Source: a virus
Strand: one strand, 5' to 3'
Length of the DNA: 64,000 nt
Virus record (IMG/VR): IMGVR_UViG_3300028394_002011
The position numbers and the translations under genes are program-made. The notes below the pieces were generated by a model. It was not told the origin of the DNA. It made no database searches and worked only from the letters and a program-made list of their open reading frames with translations. Of this stretch, positions 6,541 to 16,285 are shown piece after piece (position 1 is the stretch's first letter; every line of letters begins with the position of its first letter).

Positions 6541-7719
6541 ATGTCGCTACGTATTAGACGAGGAACAGAAGCTCAAAGACCGGGCGCCACCTTTGATTTA
6601 GGTGAAATAGTATGGACTACGGATACCAATAAACTCTATGTTGGCGACGGAGTTAACGCTGGCGGGAAAAACATCTTGGCAACTAGTGCAGGTACTGGGC
6701 TAGCTTGGAACCCTTCAACTCAACGTTTGGACTTTAATGGATCAGGAACTGGTATAGTAAATGTGCAAGCTGATGCTGCCCCTAGTTTAGGTGGCAATTT
6801 GAATTTGAATAACAGGAATGTCACAGGTACTGGCAACATCAACATTACTGGAACTATCACAGCTACCCAATTTGTAGGGTTGCCTGCTGTTCGTTTATCA
6901 AGCGACTCTGCTCCTAGTTTGAGCGGCAATTTAGAGCTGAACAACAGAAATATCACAGGTACTGGCAATATTCTTATCACTGGAAACATTGCCGCCACTC
7001 AGTATTTTAACTTGCCGCCGCAGTTGCTAGTGAATGATTTAACTCCTAGCTTGGGCGGCAATTTATCTTTGAATAACAAAGTTGTCAACGGTACTGGTAA
7101 TATTAATATTACTGGCAGTATTAGTGCAACTGATTTTTCTAGCAGTAGCGGGTTTATGCAAGTTGGCAAAAATACTGTTCCCACTAATTTAGTAGTTATT
7201 GGAAATCAAGAGAATGATGTAGTAGTTACAATTAAATCAGTATTAACTGGCACAGCTGGACTTACTCAGAGAGGCCCTCTTATCAGAATATCTTCTAGCA
7301 AAGGTACCCTAGCGTTACCAACGGCGCTACAAGCAGGTGATAGTTTAGGACAAATTAATTTCCAAGGTTTAATTAATGCAGGTTCCAATGGAGTTGTACC
7401 TGCTGACGTGGTATCAATTAAAGGCGCGGTTGTAACAGCAGGCGATCTCATTTCAAATATTGCAACCGCAAGAATGGAATTAATAGTGTTAAACGGACCG
7501 GATCCGGCTCTTGCTAAAATAGCAACTTTTGATTCTGGTGGAGTTTTTAAAGCACCAGTATTCCAACTAACAACGTATGCAAATGACACTGCAAGAGCAA
7601 CAGCTATACCAACACCGCAAACAGGTATGATGGTGTTTATGATTTCCGGAGTTACTCCAACTGTAACTAACAAAGCTGTTATATATAACGGAACTGCTTG
7701 GGCCGCATTACCAGGTTAA
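6541..7719 (+). CDS. tail fibre / virion structural protein
   Basis: N-terminal LRIRRGT...GEIVWTTDTNKLYVGDG (Mtd_N-type) domain; G/T/N-rich repeats. Confidence 0.85.
   Translation: MSLRIRRGTEAQRPGATFDLGEIVWTTDTNKLYVGDGVNAGGKNILATSAGTGLAWNPSTQRLDFNGSGTGIVNVQADAAPSLGGNLNLNNRNVTGTGNINITGTITATQFVGLPAVRLSSDSAPSLSGNLELNNRNITGTGNILITGNIAATQYFNLPPQLLVNDLTPSLGGNLSLNNKVVNGTGNINITGSISATDFSSSSGFMQVGKNTVPTNLVVIGNQENDVVVTIKSVLTGTAGLTQRGPLIRISSSKGTLALPTALQAGDSLGQINFQGLINAGSNGVVPADVVSIKGAVVTAGDLISNIATARMELIVLNGPDPALAKIATFDSGGVFKAPVFQLTTYANDTARATAIPTPQTGMMVFMISGVTPTVTNKAVIYNGTAWAALPG
6775..7130 (+). repeat. three in-frame 132 nt (44 aa) repeats
   Basis: PSL(G/S)GNLxLNN..(V/I)xGTGNI units with Pro codons at 6781, 6913 and 7045. 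Confidence 0.9.
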
Positions 7720-7755
7720 TTAATTTCACAATAACATAATCCCTAATTAGCGGGC

Positions 7756-7763
7756 TATAAATA
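7756..7763 (+). promoter_or_regulatory. T4-like late promoter inside an 11 bp inverted repeat
   Basis: TATAAATA flanked by AATCCCTAATT (7738) and AATTAGGGATT (7772). Confidence 0.75.
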
Positions 7764-7786
7764 TATGCCTAAATTAGGGATTTTTT

Positions 7787-8527
7787 ATGAGTAGATTTTG
7801 GAAACATCCAACTGGTCTCACATTTAACGACCTGCAAAATAATGATTGGGATGTCATCGAATTAGCATTGACTGTTGATGCCGATCCGTTACTTCAATGG
7901 TATAAAGAAGTCGAAAAAAATAATCAAGATTCAATCTGGTCGTTGGATCGTACAGATTTGGTTGACGAACAGGTCATGGATAAATTCATAGCCGAACGCA
8001 CCCGAATTTTAGTTGGATTACCGCAACAATGGACACTGCAATGGAGTTACGAACGGGAAGGAGTATTACCATTTATGGGACTTGCTTGCCGGAAACAATT
8101 TCCAGAATGTTACGAAGAAGATTTTAAGAGTCGTTGGAATACTCCTCTTTCCAAATATTTTTATGGTGCTTGGAAGAAATATTACGAGTTACTTGGAGAA
8201 GACTGTTTTAAAGTTGCTAGACTAGTACACTTTCCCAAGTCTTGTGGGCTATCGACTCATGTTGATGTTGGCAACGATCAACCATTTTTAATTAGAATGC
8301 ACACACTAATTGATATCGGGCCAGACCACTGGTTTAGTTTTGGTGAAGATTTAGACGATAAGTCGCGTTGGTACAAAATGAAAACCGGATGCACTTACCT
8401 ATTGAATACTGGAATCCCGCATGCCGCAGTCAATTGGAACGAAAGTCCTTGGGTAATGTTGCACAATAATCCTACAGAAGGCGCAATTAACACCCTGCTA
8501 GCAATGAATGAACATATCAGTCTATGA
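7787..8527 (+). CDS. Asp/Asn beta-hydroxylase-family 2OG-Fe(II) oxygenase
   Basis: STHVD ... RMH ... YLLNTGIPHAAVN. Confidence 0.75.
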   Translation: MSRFWKHPTGLTFNDLQNNDWDVIELALTVDADPLLQWYKEVEKNNQDSIWSLDRTDLVDEQVMDKFIAERTRILVGLPQQWTLQWSYEREGVLPFMGLACRKQFPECYEEDFKSRWNTPLSKYFYGAWKKYYELLGEDCFKVARLVHFPKSCGLSTHVDVGNDQPFLIRMHTLIDIGPDHWFSFGEDLDDKSRWYKMKTGCTYLLNTGIPHAAVNWNESPWVMLHNNPTEGAINTLLAMNEHISL

Positions 8528-9363
8528 AAATTAGATTAGATACTGTTATTACTTCCGAGTTAGATTCTTGGCCGTTTGTACATACTTCTGCGGGCCAAGA
8601 CACAGTTGTACCATTTTACGGGCCTGATTCAGAAAATCTTTTTAAAAGAAATAAAAGGGAAATGCCCGATAATTGGATGTATCACAATACTGACATTGCA
8701 TATCATTTCAACAAACAAGGTCTTCGAATGAAGAAGAACTTAGAAGATGTTGCAGAAAATTATATATTGTTTTCTGGCGCAAGTTTTACAGCAGGTGTGG
8801 GCATACGAGAAGAGTCAAGATTTACAGAATTAGTCAGCAGTCGTGCTAATTTGGATTTTATAAATTTTTCAGGGCCGTTATACTCAATAAAATTACAAGC
8901 ATTGTCTTTTTTTAATTTTTTAAAAACAAATCATGTCCTTCCAAAAATTCTAGTTATTGAATATCCGCCGTGCGAAGGTTTTTTTTGTTATTCCGACGGA
9001 AACTTTCTTTTATATTCTCCAGACAAAGCCGCTGATGTTGTCAAATATCCAAATCATTTGACAGCATACCAATCACTTTCAGCAACAGATTTTCATTTAC
9101 AAGAAGCATTAATTTGGAATAGTATTCTTGAAAGCACTTGTAACAGATTAAACATTAAATTTATTCCTGTATCATTTTGGAAAGATGACCCGTTTGTTCA
9201 AAATAAAAATATTGCTTACGTAGATACCAATTCTAATTCGCATGATATAAACTATTGTTTCTCAAGAGATATTCATTTAAATCTGACAAATAATACTTAC
9301 ACTGCTCACCCCGGAATAGGTTTACATCAAGAGATGACTGATGTTATAATAAAGCTATTATGA
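8524..9363 (+). CDS. hypothetical protein, SGNH/GDSL-like
   Basis: NKQGLR...LFSGASFTAGVG N-terminal block and C-terminal AHPG. Confidence 0.5.
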   Translation: MKIRLDTVITSELDSWPFVHTSAGQDTVVPFYGPDSENLFKRNKREMPDNWMYHNTDIAYHFNKQGLRMKKNLEDVAENYILFSGASFTAGVGIREESRFTELVSSRANLDFINFSGPLYSIKLQALSFFNFLKTNHVLPKILVIEYPPCEGFFCYSDGNFLLYSPDKAADVVKYPNHLTAYQSLSATDFHLQEALIWNSILESTCNRLNIKFIPVSFWKDDPFVQNKNIAYVDTNSNSHDINYCFSRDIHLNLTNNTYTAHPGIGLHQEMTDVIIKLL

Positions 9364-10013
9364 GCCATTTAATTTTACACACTTCTGGTAGTACCGTTAC
9401 TCCAAAAGAGATTTCACATTCCTGGGAATACATAAATCAGTGTGCTCAAAATTCGATATCAGAAATTGGTTTAACATCTCAAGACATAGTGTTGGATGTA
9501 TTTCCTAGCAATGTAATTGCACACTATACCGTAACAGCCTTACCTGCTAAAATAAGCGGAGCAAAACTTATTACAAGTAATTTTAATGCATTTACATATT
9601 GTAAATTGTTTAACAAATATCGACCAACTTATATATCACTGATCCCTCGCCATATTGAATTGCTTGAAGGAACACAAGATTGGAATGACTTAGATATGAG
9701 TTGCGTTCGATATATGGTCATGGGCAGTCAAATTGTAACTCAAGATATCATTGACAAAGTTAGAAACAAAGGTGTTCAGCTAGTAGCAAATTGGTATGGG
9801 ATGACTGAAATGCCGCCGCCTGTATTAATAGGGTACAATAGTGAAGCATTTGACCTTTCACCTAAATCTAATTTTGTTGTGACTTTTTCCGATGAAGGAG
9901 AGTGTATAATTAATGATTATTACACAGGTGATATTTTTGACTTACACACACGAAAATTTCTAAGAAGAAAAATACATGCAACCAACAAAGATACCTGGAA
10001 GGCCGTGGCTTGA
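9360..10013 (+). CDS. truncated AMP-binding (acyl-CoA ligase-like) protein
   Basis: HTSGSTVTPK P-loop and WYGMTE motif in only 217 aa. Confidence 0.75.
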   Translation: MSHLILHTSGSTVTPKEISHSWEYINQCAQNSISEIGLTSQDIVLDVFPSNVIAHYTVTALPAKISGAKLITSNFNAFTYCKLFNKYRPTYISLIPRHIELLEGTQDWNDLDMSCVRYMVMGSQIVTQDIIDKVRNKGVQLVANWYGMTEMPPPVLIGYNSEAFDLSPKSNFVVTFSDEGECIINDYYTGDIFDLHTRKFLRRKIHATNKDTWKAVA

Positions 10014-10596
10014 ATTTAGGCTTTTACAAGAAAACGATTACAGTGATTTAGAAATTTTTTGTAATGAATGTAAAAAACTGAATTTAAAAAATAACGAAAG
10101 TTTTGATGCAATCAAACTAGATAAAATAAAGATGCCATACGGCCAGTATTTTATCGGTTACGATTATAATAGTGAAAGAATTTGGAACTTAGCGGGTATT
10201 CATAGATTGCCAGAAATTAATGATCGTGCATGGCGTTGTTTATTTCGAGGAGCACAGTTGCCAGGATATACTATGCAACAGATTCTAACTAAAAATATGC
10301 TTAAAACAAGTTATCAAATGACTTTTGTTTTGCATTGGCAAATTGAATTTATAAAATCAATGTATAAAGATGCAGAATTTTATACGTCAACAAATAATTT
10401 AAAGAACAAAGATGCTCCTATCAAAAGCCAGTTACTAGATCAAAAAGTAAATCCACTATTAGAAAATCAAGGAATATTTGAAAAAGTACACGATAATTTT
10501 TTATTATATAATACCAGTCAAAGTATATGGAAAGTACACCACAATGTACTAATCCAAGAACGTAACAAAGTTTTAGAAACGATGAATTTGTTTTAG
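9976..10596 (+). CDS. hypothetical protein, possible GNAT-like fold
   Basis: 206 aa ORF coupled to the upstream gene; fold guess is weak. Confidence 0.55.
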   Translation: MQPTKIPGRPWLEFRLLQENDYSDLEIFCNECKKLNLKNNESFDAIKLDKIKMPYGQYFIGYDYNSERIWNLAGIHRLPEINDRAWRCLFRGAQLPGYTMQQILTKNMLKTSYQMTFVLHWQIEFIKSMYKDAEFYTSTNNLKNKDAPIKSQLLDQKVNPLLENQGIFEKVHDNFLLYNTSQSIWKVHHNVLIQERNKVLETMNLF

Positions 10597-12102
10597 AATT
10601 TCTTCATTCTTACGATTATTCCTAGTAATGAACTTATAGTTAGATTCGGACTGAGAACAGAAGTGTTGATAGTTTTCTATTTGTTCAGGTGTAATTTCTG
10701 ATAAACTGTTATTAAATTTCTTGTCAAACCCTAATAATAAGCTAGTCCAGTTAAACTTGTTGAGTGCAGTTTCACCTTTTTGCAACATAGGGCCACGCAA
10801 TTTAGAACTAATAATATCACTGACCTCTTGGATGGCATTAGGATTTTTTTGATCTTTCCAATAATCGGTGTCATCCCTTTCGGACAATTGGTAATGATAC
10901 CCAACAAACGACTTAGTGTTATCTAGAAACTGTGACATTACAGTGTGTAACATTTTTGCAGAGCGGTTATCCCAACCATTGTTTCGATTATAAATTTCAA
11001 CGAATCTAATAGCAGTCCAACACGTAATCATGATACTAGTTGCTTCTAGAGGTTCTATAAAACTTTGAGATAATCCGTTTGCAAATACATTTTTAATGGC
11101 CAAGTCTGTACAACGGCCACTAGTAAAACTTACACGGTTATTCTCAGTCCATCTGTGACCCTTGTCGGCCCAGAATTTAACAATAGTATCGTGAGCTTCA
11201 TCGTCACTCATGTAATCACTACAATACACATGCCCGGATCCCATACGCCCCCATGTAGGGATGCTCCATATCCAGCCAGCTGGTTGAGCGTGAGCTTGCG
11301 TAGTTGATCGATAACTTTGATATCCGTCAACTCCTCCAAATATGGCTCTATTATTTTTCAATTTATCAAATTTAGTGAACCCAGTAAGTTTACCAATTAT
11401 TAATTTTTTCATGCCTGTACAATCAATAAAGATGTCGCCTGTAATAATTTGGCCGGTTTTTGTTTTTAGACTTTTAACACCATTGTCATCTATTTCAACA
11501 TCAATGATTGTATCAATAATTTCCGTAAATTTTTCTTTAGGAGTATGTTTTCTCAAACATTGGCTGTAATCATATGCATTAACGTGATAAGCATAACCGG
11601 CATATTTGCTAATATTGCATTGCCCTTGTGAATTATAATGACCTTTTTCTTCGCGAAGAATGTGTGCCATCGGGCCATGCATAGCATTAAATTTATCTAT
11701 ATTAAATCCAGTATCATTTTGGCGAAGTTTTAAAAAATAATCAATACTGGTTAATTTTTGTTCAAATGTGTCCTTGCCAAAATCAACAATGGGATTTGTA
11801 AATGCCTGTTCCAATATTTCTCCTTCAAAGGAGTGAAACCACTGGGATCCAAATTTGTTCCAATCTACAAAATCAATGCCGTATTTAAATGTTGCTCTAG
11901 CATCACGCATCCAAGTGTACTCATCAACTCCAACAGCATCGGCAACTTGCCTAATAGTGGGACTAGTACTTTCGCCTACTCCAATAATATCTATCTCGTT
12001 GCTGTGTATGATTGTAACATCGACATCTAATTTTGCAACAATATATGCAAGATTTATCCAACCAGCTGTGCCTCCGCCTACAATAACAATTTTCTTTTTC
12101 AT
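10573..12102 (-). CDS. flavin-dependent (tryptophan) halogenase family protein
   Basis: GGGTAGW FAD motif, GVGEST, ATFKYGI (catalytic Lys position), WIWSIP, FIEPLEATS. Confidence 0.92.
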   Translation of the reverse strand: MKKKIVIVGGGTAGWINLAYIVAKLDVDVTIIHSNEIDIIGVGESTSPTIRQVADAVGVDEYTWMRDARATFKYGIDFVDWNKFGSQWFHSFEGEILEQAFTNPIVDFGKDTFEQKLTSIDYFLKLRQNDTGFNIDKFNAMHGPMAHILREEKGHYNSQGQCNISKYAGYAYHVNAYDYSQCLRKHTPKEKFTEIIDTIIDVEIDDNGVKSLKTKTGQIITGDIFIDCTGMKKLIIGKLTGFTKFDKLKNNRAIFGGVDGYQSYRSTTQAHAQPAGWIWSIPTWGRMGSGHVYCSDYMSDDEAHDTIVKFWADKGHRWTENNRVSFTSGRCTDLAIKNVFANGLSQSFIEPLEATSIMITCWTAIRFVEIYNRNNGWDNRSAKMLHTVMSQFLDNTKSFVGYHYQLSERDDTDYWKDQKNPNAIQEVSDIISSKLRGPMLQKGETALNKFNWTSLLLGFDKKFNNSLSEITPEQIENYQHFCSQSESNYKFITRNNRKNEEILKQIHRF

Positions 12103-12701
12103 TTGTAGTAGTCCTGGTCTTTAAGTTGATCCATCAATCGATTTTCTTCAAAAGATTTTAATTTCCAGCCATTAGCTGATTCAGAACACCAGAACGGTAT
12201 CCACGCTAGTTGTGCTAGATACATTACAATACCTAATTCACCAAATATTAACAACAATAATAATAATAATATAACGGGCCCAATATAGGGAAACTTTTGA
12301 TAAATTTGATCTTCTAACATATTAGGAGTTTCAATAGAATAGTTAGCAATCATCTCAACAATTTTTCGTTGTTTTAAAAAAAGGGTTGCACGAACTAATC
12401 TTCCTGGTTTTCCGGAAGGATACACTTTATCTTCATGTATAGAGTTATGTCGATGTACAGCTGACCATTCTTTAATATTAAGGCCAGTCACCAGCCAGAA
12501 CCATAGCCTTGTAAATCTAGCTAGTAACGAAGATACATTAACCGGAACATTAGTAGTATCCCACCAATTCTCCTTCCACGGAACCCATGCATAGTTATCC
12601 CCTTGGTCCGCGAATCCTTTATGGGTACCTGGATGGATGTACCATCTAAAACAAAAGATGGTGAATACCATCATTAAAATTGAAACTAAAATATAAATCA
12701 T
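12099..12701 (-). CDS. degenerate fatty acid desaturase-like membrane protein
   Basis: FWLVTG...EWSAVHR, TP..LE, QLAWIPFW match delta-9 desaturases; His boxes eroded and the C-terminal HNNHH box is missing. Confidence 0.65.
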   Translation of the reverse strand: MIYILVSILMMVFTIFCFRWYIHPGTHKGFADQGDNYAWVPWKENWWDTTNVPVNVSSLLARFTRLWFWLVTGLNIKEWSAVHRHNSIHEDKVYPSGKPGRLVRATLFLKQRKIVEMIANYSIETPNMLEDQIYQKFPYIGPVILLLLLLLIFGELGIVMYLAQLAWIPFWCSESANGWKLKSFEENRLMDQLKDQDYYK

Positions 12702-13426
12702 AATTCTAATCCTATAATATCCTCTGCAAATATCTTACCATATAACTTGATAACAGGCGTGGTACCGTTATTATGTAACTCATGCGGTAATGATGTATTA
12801 ACCAAATAAACCCATCCATCTGCCGGAACTGTCATGCGTTCACCGTCTATAATCCAATATGTATCGTCGTTGGTGTACAAACAAATATGGAATCTAAATT
12901 TATCAGGAGCATCTTGATGTTTAACTAAAATAGTTCCTGGTGTTAATATGCTTACTAAAACTTTTTTGATCCGAGCTTGTTTTTCAATTTCTTTACAAAC
13001 TTCTAAAGCATACCCGTTGAAACATTCTCGCGGATTGAGATCATTAGAATCATGTTCTTCTCGGTACTCGAGTTTAGTATTACTGCGCTCAGGAGGAAGT
13101 GGCCCTTTTGCGTCTGACGGATTCCAGCATAAATTATACCATGCGGTATCATCCATAAATTTGTGTCCAGTTTTTGCTTCTGGATCGCTAGGATCTGTAC
13201 TCCACATATATTTGTGTTGGCCTTGAATAAATTTCCAGTCACTGTAATTATTTTCTAAGTCAGCATACCAGGTACGCATACGGTCGAGGTCAATCTTAAA
13301 CCAAGGTTTGATTTTCCAACCAACGTCAATTTCGGTAAATTCTCTAATATAATGTTTAAACCCGGGATACTGAACTCCCATTAAATCTAAATTTTTAAAA
13401 TCGGCTTCTTTACCTAATATTCTCAT
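12698..13426 (-). CDS. Asp/Asn beta-hydroxylase-family oxygenase
   Basis: VKHQD ... FRFHI ... YLVNTSLPHELHN. Confidence 0.8.
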   Translation of the reverse strand: MRILGKEADFKNLDLMGVQYPGFKHYIREFTEIDVGWKIKPWFKIDLDRMRTWYADLENNYSDWKFIQGQHKYMWSTDPSDPEAKTGHKFMDDTAWYNLCWNPSDAKGPLPPERSNTKLEYREEHDSNDLNPRECFNGYALEVCKEIEKQARIKKVLVSILTPGTILVKHQDAPDKFRFHICLYTNDDTYWIIDGERMTVPADGWVYLVNTSLPHELHNNGTTPVIKLYGKIFAEDIIGLEL

Positions 13427-14643
13427 AGTGTATGCCTTTTGGATAATAGGTATTGTATACGCCCAATCGGAATTTTGAAGAAAAGGTGAACCCTATCTCT
13501 ATTTCCTTTATTGTTTGTTCCGTGTTCTTTACTTGTATTAATGATATATGCCTTTCCCGGAACAAGTTTATATGTTGTTCCGTCAACAATAAAATCACAA
13601 TCGTCACTGTAAATAGGAAAATGCAATCTAAAATTTGTACCTTCATCGACATGTTTGCCTAACTGAACCCCAGGAGTATGAATAGAAATAACCATCTCTT
13701 CCATATAGGGAAATTCTTTGTAAAGTTTTTCTGCAAATCCAAACATCAATGGTGTAGTATTTGTAGCATAGTCAGTTGCCTCGTCATCCCTCCACGATTT
13801 AGTGTTCATAGGAGGACAGATATATTTGTTAGGATCTTTTAAATGGGTTAAAACAGCATAACCAAAAATTTCAATTTCTGGAATATAATCTGGTTTACGC
13901 ATATTCTTAATTAAACTTGACGACCATTTTCTATTGAAATGTGTTTCTTCTACTTCGTTGTAATACTGTTGTAGTTCATTAAGGTTGAATTCAACATTAT
14001 CTAATTCTAAGACACCAAAGTTAAATAAATTCTCATCAAGAACCCACTCATTGTTTAATATTTCATCAACCAAGTGCGTTGGGAATTTACAAATAAGATG
14101 AATCCTGTCAGTATCACCAGTGTTAACAGTTCCATGGGGAATAATAGTATTAACTAGGTAAGCGGAGCCTATTTCCATATTAAACTTTTCATCTTCAAAA
14201 AAGAACCACGAATCTGGATTTGTCATAATAGGTATGTGTATCTTTAAAAATTCATCGTTGTCTGGATGCAATTGAATTTTTGTGCCTGGAGGATGTCCAA
14301 CAATACCCGTTTGTCGAACTTCAGGAAATGTGTCTACTATCTTTTTTCCAAACCCAAAAACTAATTTAGTAGGATTTGAAAACTTATTTTCAGGATCAAC
14401 GAACTCTGAGGTAGTATCAATATGATAAGGCGGACAAGGAATATTTGTATCTATATAATTACTTTGAATTGCCCAACTGTAGGTATTGTCTACATTATGG
14501 TCTAAAGTTTCTGTTGTGCTGTTAGGCATCCATTTGAGGTGAGGGAATTTTTCTACAATTTGATTGTAGTAATGTAAAAGTTCTTTGTGATTAAATTTTA
14601 CATTATCAAGTTTCTTTATTTTGAAATCTAAACTTGTGACCAT
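13423..14643 (-). CDS. tandem two-domain Asp/Asn beta-hydroxylase-family oxygenase
   Basis: Two HxD...H sets: QLHPD/PHGTVN and GKHVD/EHGTNN. Confidence 0.82.
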   Translation of the reverse strand: MVTSLDFKIKKLDNVKFNHKELLHYYNQIVEKFPHLKWMPNSTTETLDHNVDNTYSWAIQSNYIDTNIPCPPYHIDTTSEFVDPENKFSNPTKLVFGFGKKIVDTFPEVRQTGIVGHPPGTKIQLHPDNDEFLKIHIPIMTNPDSWFFFEDEKFNMEIGSAYLVNTIIPHGTVNTGDTDRIHLICKFPTHLVDEILNNEWVLDENLFNFGVLELDNVEFNLNELQQYYNEVEETHFNRKWSSSLIKNMRKPDYIPEIEIFGYAVLTHLKDPNKYICPPMNTKSWRDDEATDYATNTTPLMFGFAEKLYKEFPYMEEMVISIHTPGVQLGKHVDEGTNFRLHFPIYSDDCDFIVDGTTYKLVPGKAYIINTSKEHGTNNKGNRDRVHLFFKIPIGRIQYLLSKRHTL

Positions 14644-15062
14644 AATAAATTATACACAAAAGTATTATAACTGTCAAACTTTGTTTTGTCATATACTTTG
14701 CGATATTCCTCTATAAATTTTGCCACCGCTGTGCTTCGAGATTTTCCTTTGGCACAATAAACATGTATTGTAGCGTCTTCTGGGATTGTGTCAACAAACT
14801 CTTTGATAGACTTGGCCTGACTAGATTTGCAAGCAACCGCATAATAAACAATTGGCCCAGACACTTTAATTTTATTACGTTCGGTATCGTCAAAAAACAT
14901 ATTAAGTACACGATCGTGGGGTTTTTTAAAAACCGGAATACCATATCTAGACCCAGAAGAATTGACACATATAAAATAATTATTTTTAAAATCTTCTATA
15001 TTTGTATCATTAAATCCAGAAGATATTCTAAAATTATCCTGATTATATACTTGTACTTTCAT
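14628..15062 (-). CDS. dual-specificity phosphatase-like protein
   Basis: VYCAKGKSRS = CxxGxxRS; FFDD acid loop. Confidence 0.75.
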   Translation of the reverse strand: MKVQVYNQDNFRISSGFNDTNIEDFKNNYFICVNSSGSRYGIPVFKKPHDRVLNMFFDDTERNKIKVSGPIVYYAVACKSSQAKSIKEFVDTIPEDATIHVYCAKGKSRSTAVAKFIEEYRKVYDKTKFDSYNTFVYNLLWSQV

Positions 15063-15786
15063 TCGTAAGCCCTAGTACATATTGCATTACATGCTGTTTA
15101 ATTCTAGAAATAGTATGAATCTTGAATCCACCGTTTGTTTCATTAGAAGTGCCATGCCAGTCAGCCGTGTTCAAAATGTATGCTTTTCCTACTTTCATAT
15201 GATAACTTCTATCTCTATCTTTTCCAAAGTGAAATAGTGCATTTTCATTAGAGTAGATTGGAATATGTAATTTTAAATCTTTGCTATCTGTATGCTGTCG
15301 TATATACATTCCTGGGTGATGTATTGTTACAACAGCTTTTTTCCAAGCATCTTCGCCAAATAAATTTATTAAGTAATCAAAATACCCAAATCTTAATTTT
15401 GATAATATGCGTGTTTCATTCCTAAATGTTTTTGTGTCAACTTCCGGAAATAGGTCAGCATTGCATTGTTCTGATGGCGGCAACGGTTCGTATCTTTCTT
15501 CGGTCCATGCAAGTGTTATTCCTTCAATTGGGCCGCAATAGTATCCGCAATACCCATCGTCAACCATTTGTTTGCTAGTTTCAACATTTAGCTTTTGAAG
15601 GTTGTTGTTGAATCCAAATTTTAAATTGCTGTATTGATCTTCTAGTATGTCGTACCACCTTTGCATTTTTTCCACATCAATGTTATAATTAAGCTCAATT
15701 AGATCCCAATCATTAGTTTCAAACAAAAATTCGTTTGTAATATGATGAGTATGGGGATCGTAATTCTTTATAATACGTGGATCCAA
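15043..15786 (-). CDS. Asp/Asn beta-hydroxylase-family oxygenase (TTG start)
   Basis: RQHTD ... LHIPI ... YILNTADWHGTSN; AGGAG RBS 7 nt before TTG. Confidence 0.8.
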   Translation of the reverse strand: MDPRIIKNYDPHTHHITNEFLFETNDWDLIELNYNIDVEKMQRWYDILEDQYSNLKFGFNNNLQKLNVETSKQMVDDGYCGYYCGPIEGITLAWTEERYEPLPPSEQCNADLFPEVDTKTFRNETRILSKLRFGYFDYLINLFGEDAWKKAVVTIHHPGMYIRQHTDSKDLKLHIPIYSNENALFHFGKDRDRSYHMKVGKAYILNTADWHGTSNETNGGFKIHTISRIKQHVMQYVLGLTNESTSI

Positions 15787-15827
15787 GATGGGTATCTCCT
15801 GATAATATCTTTGTTAAATATGTTGAA

Positions 15828-15835
15828 TATTTATA
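15828..15835 (-). promoter_or_regulatory. T4-like late promoter
   Basis: TATAAATA on the minus strand; opposing TTAAATA at 15814-15820 on plus. Confidence 0.7.
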
Positions 15836-15850
15836 CTATTCAAAATACCA

Positions 15851-16285
15851 ATGAAGCTAATCCGAAGAAACCTAGAGAAACGTCGTTCTGTATTTTTTGA
15901 GTATGACCGATACATCAAAATTTGGGATAGTCCGTCTGATGGATGGATAGCTAATCATGTTCGATTGCTTGAGGAACATGTACCAGGTTATGTTATAGAT
16001 CATGGAAAAAATTGGATTTCTTACAACATTGTTGCCGGAACCCCTGCAAGTGAATTTCCGCATTCACTTGAATTTGTAAAAAAAATACATGCGTTTTGTC
16101 TTGATCAAATTAGGAATACTAAACCGTGGTATCACGGTGATTGGTCTTTGAGTAATATTATTATAAACGGCAACACCATGACCATGGTTGATTGGGATAA
16201 TTTAGGGCAGTACCCCGACGATGAAGTCTATAATAAACTAAACAACGACTTAAAATCAGCTTTTGGAGATTTGTATATTTTTTAA
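15851..16285 (+). CDS. small kinase-like (APH/RIO-type) protein
   Basis: YHGDWSLSNII...VDWD catalytic and Mg-binding motifs. Confidence 0.75.
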   Translation: MKLIRRNLEKRRSVFFEYDRYIKIWDSPSDGWIANHVRLLEEHVPGYVIDHGKNWISYNIVAGTPASEFPHSLEFVKKIHAFCLDQIRNTKPWYHGDWSLSNIIINGNTMTMVDWDNLGQYPDDEVYNKLNNDLKSAFGDLYIF

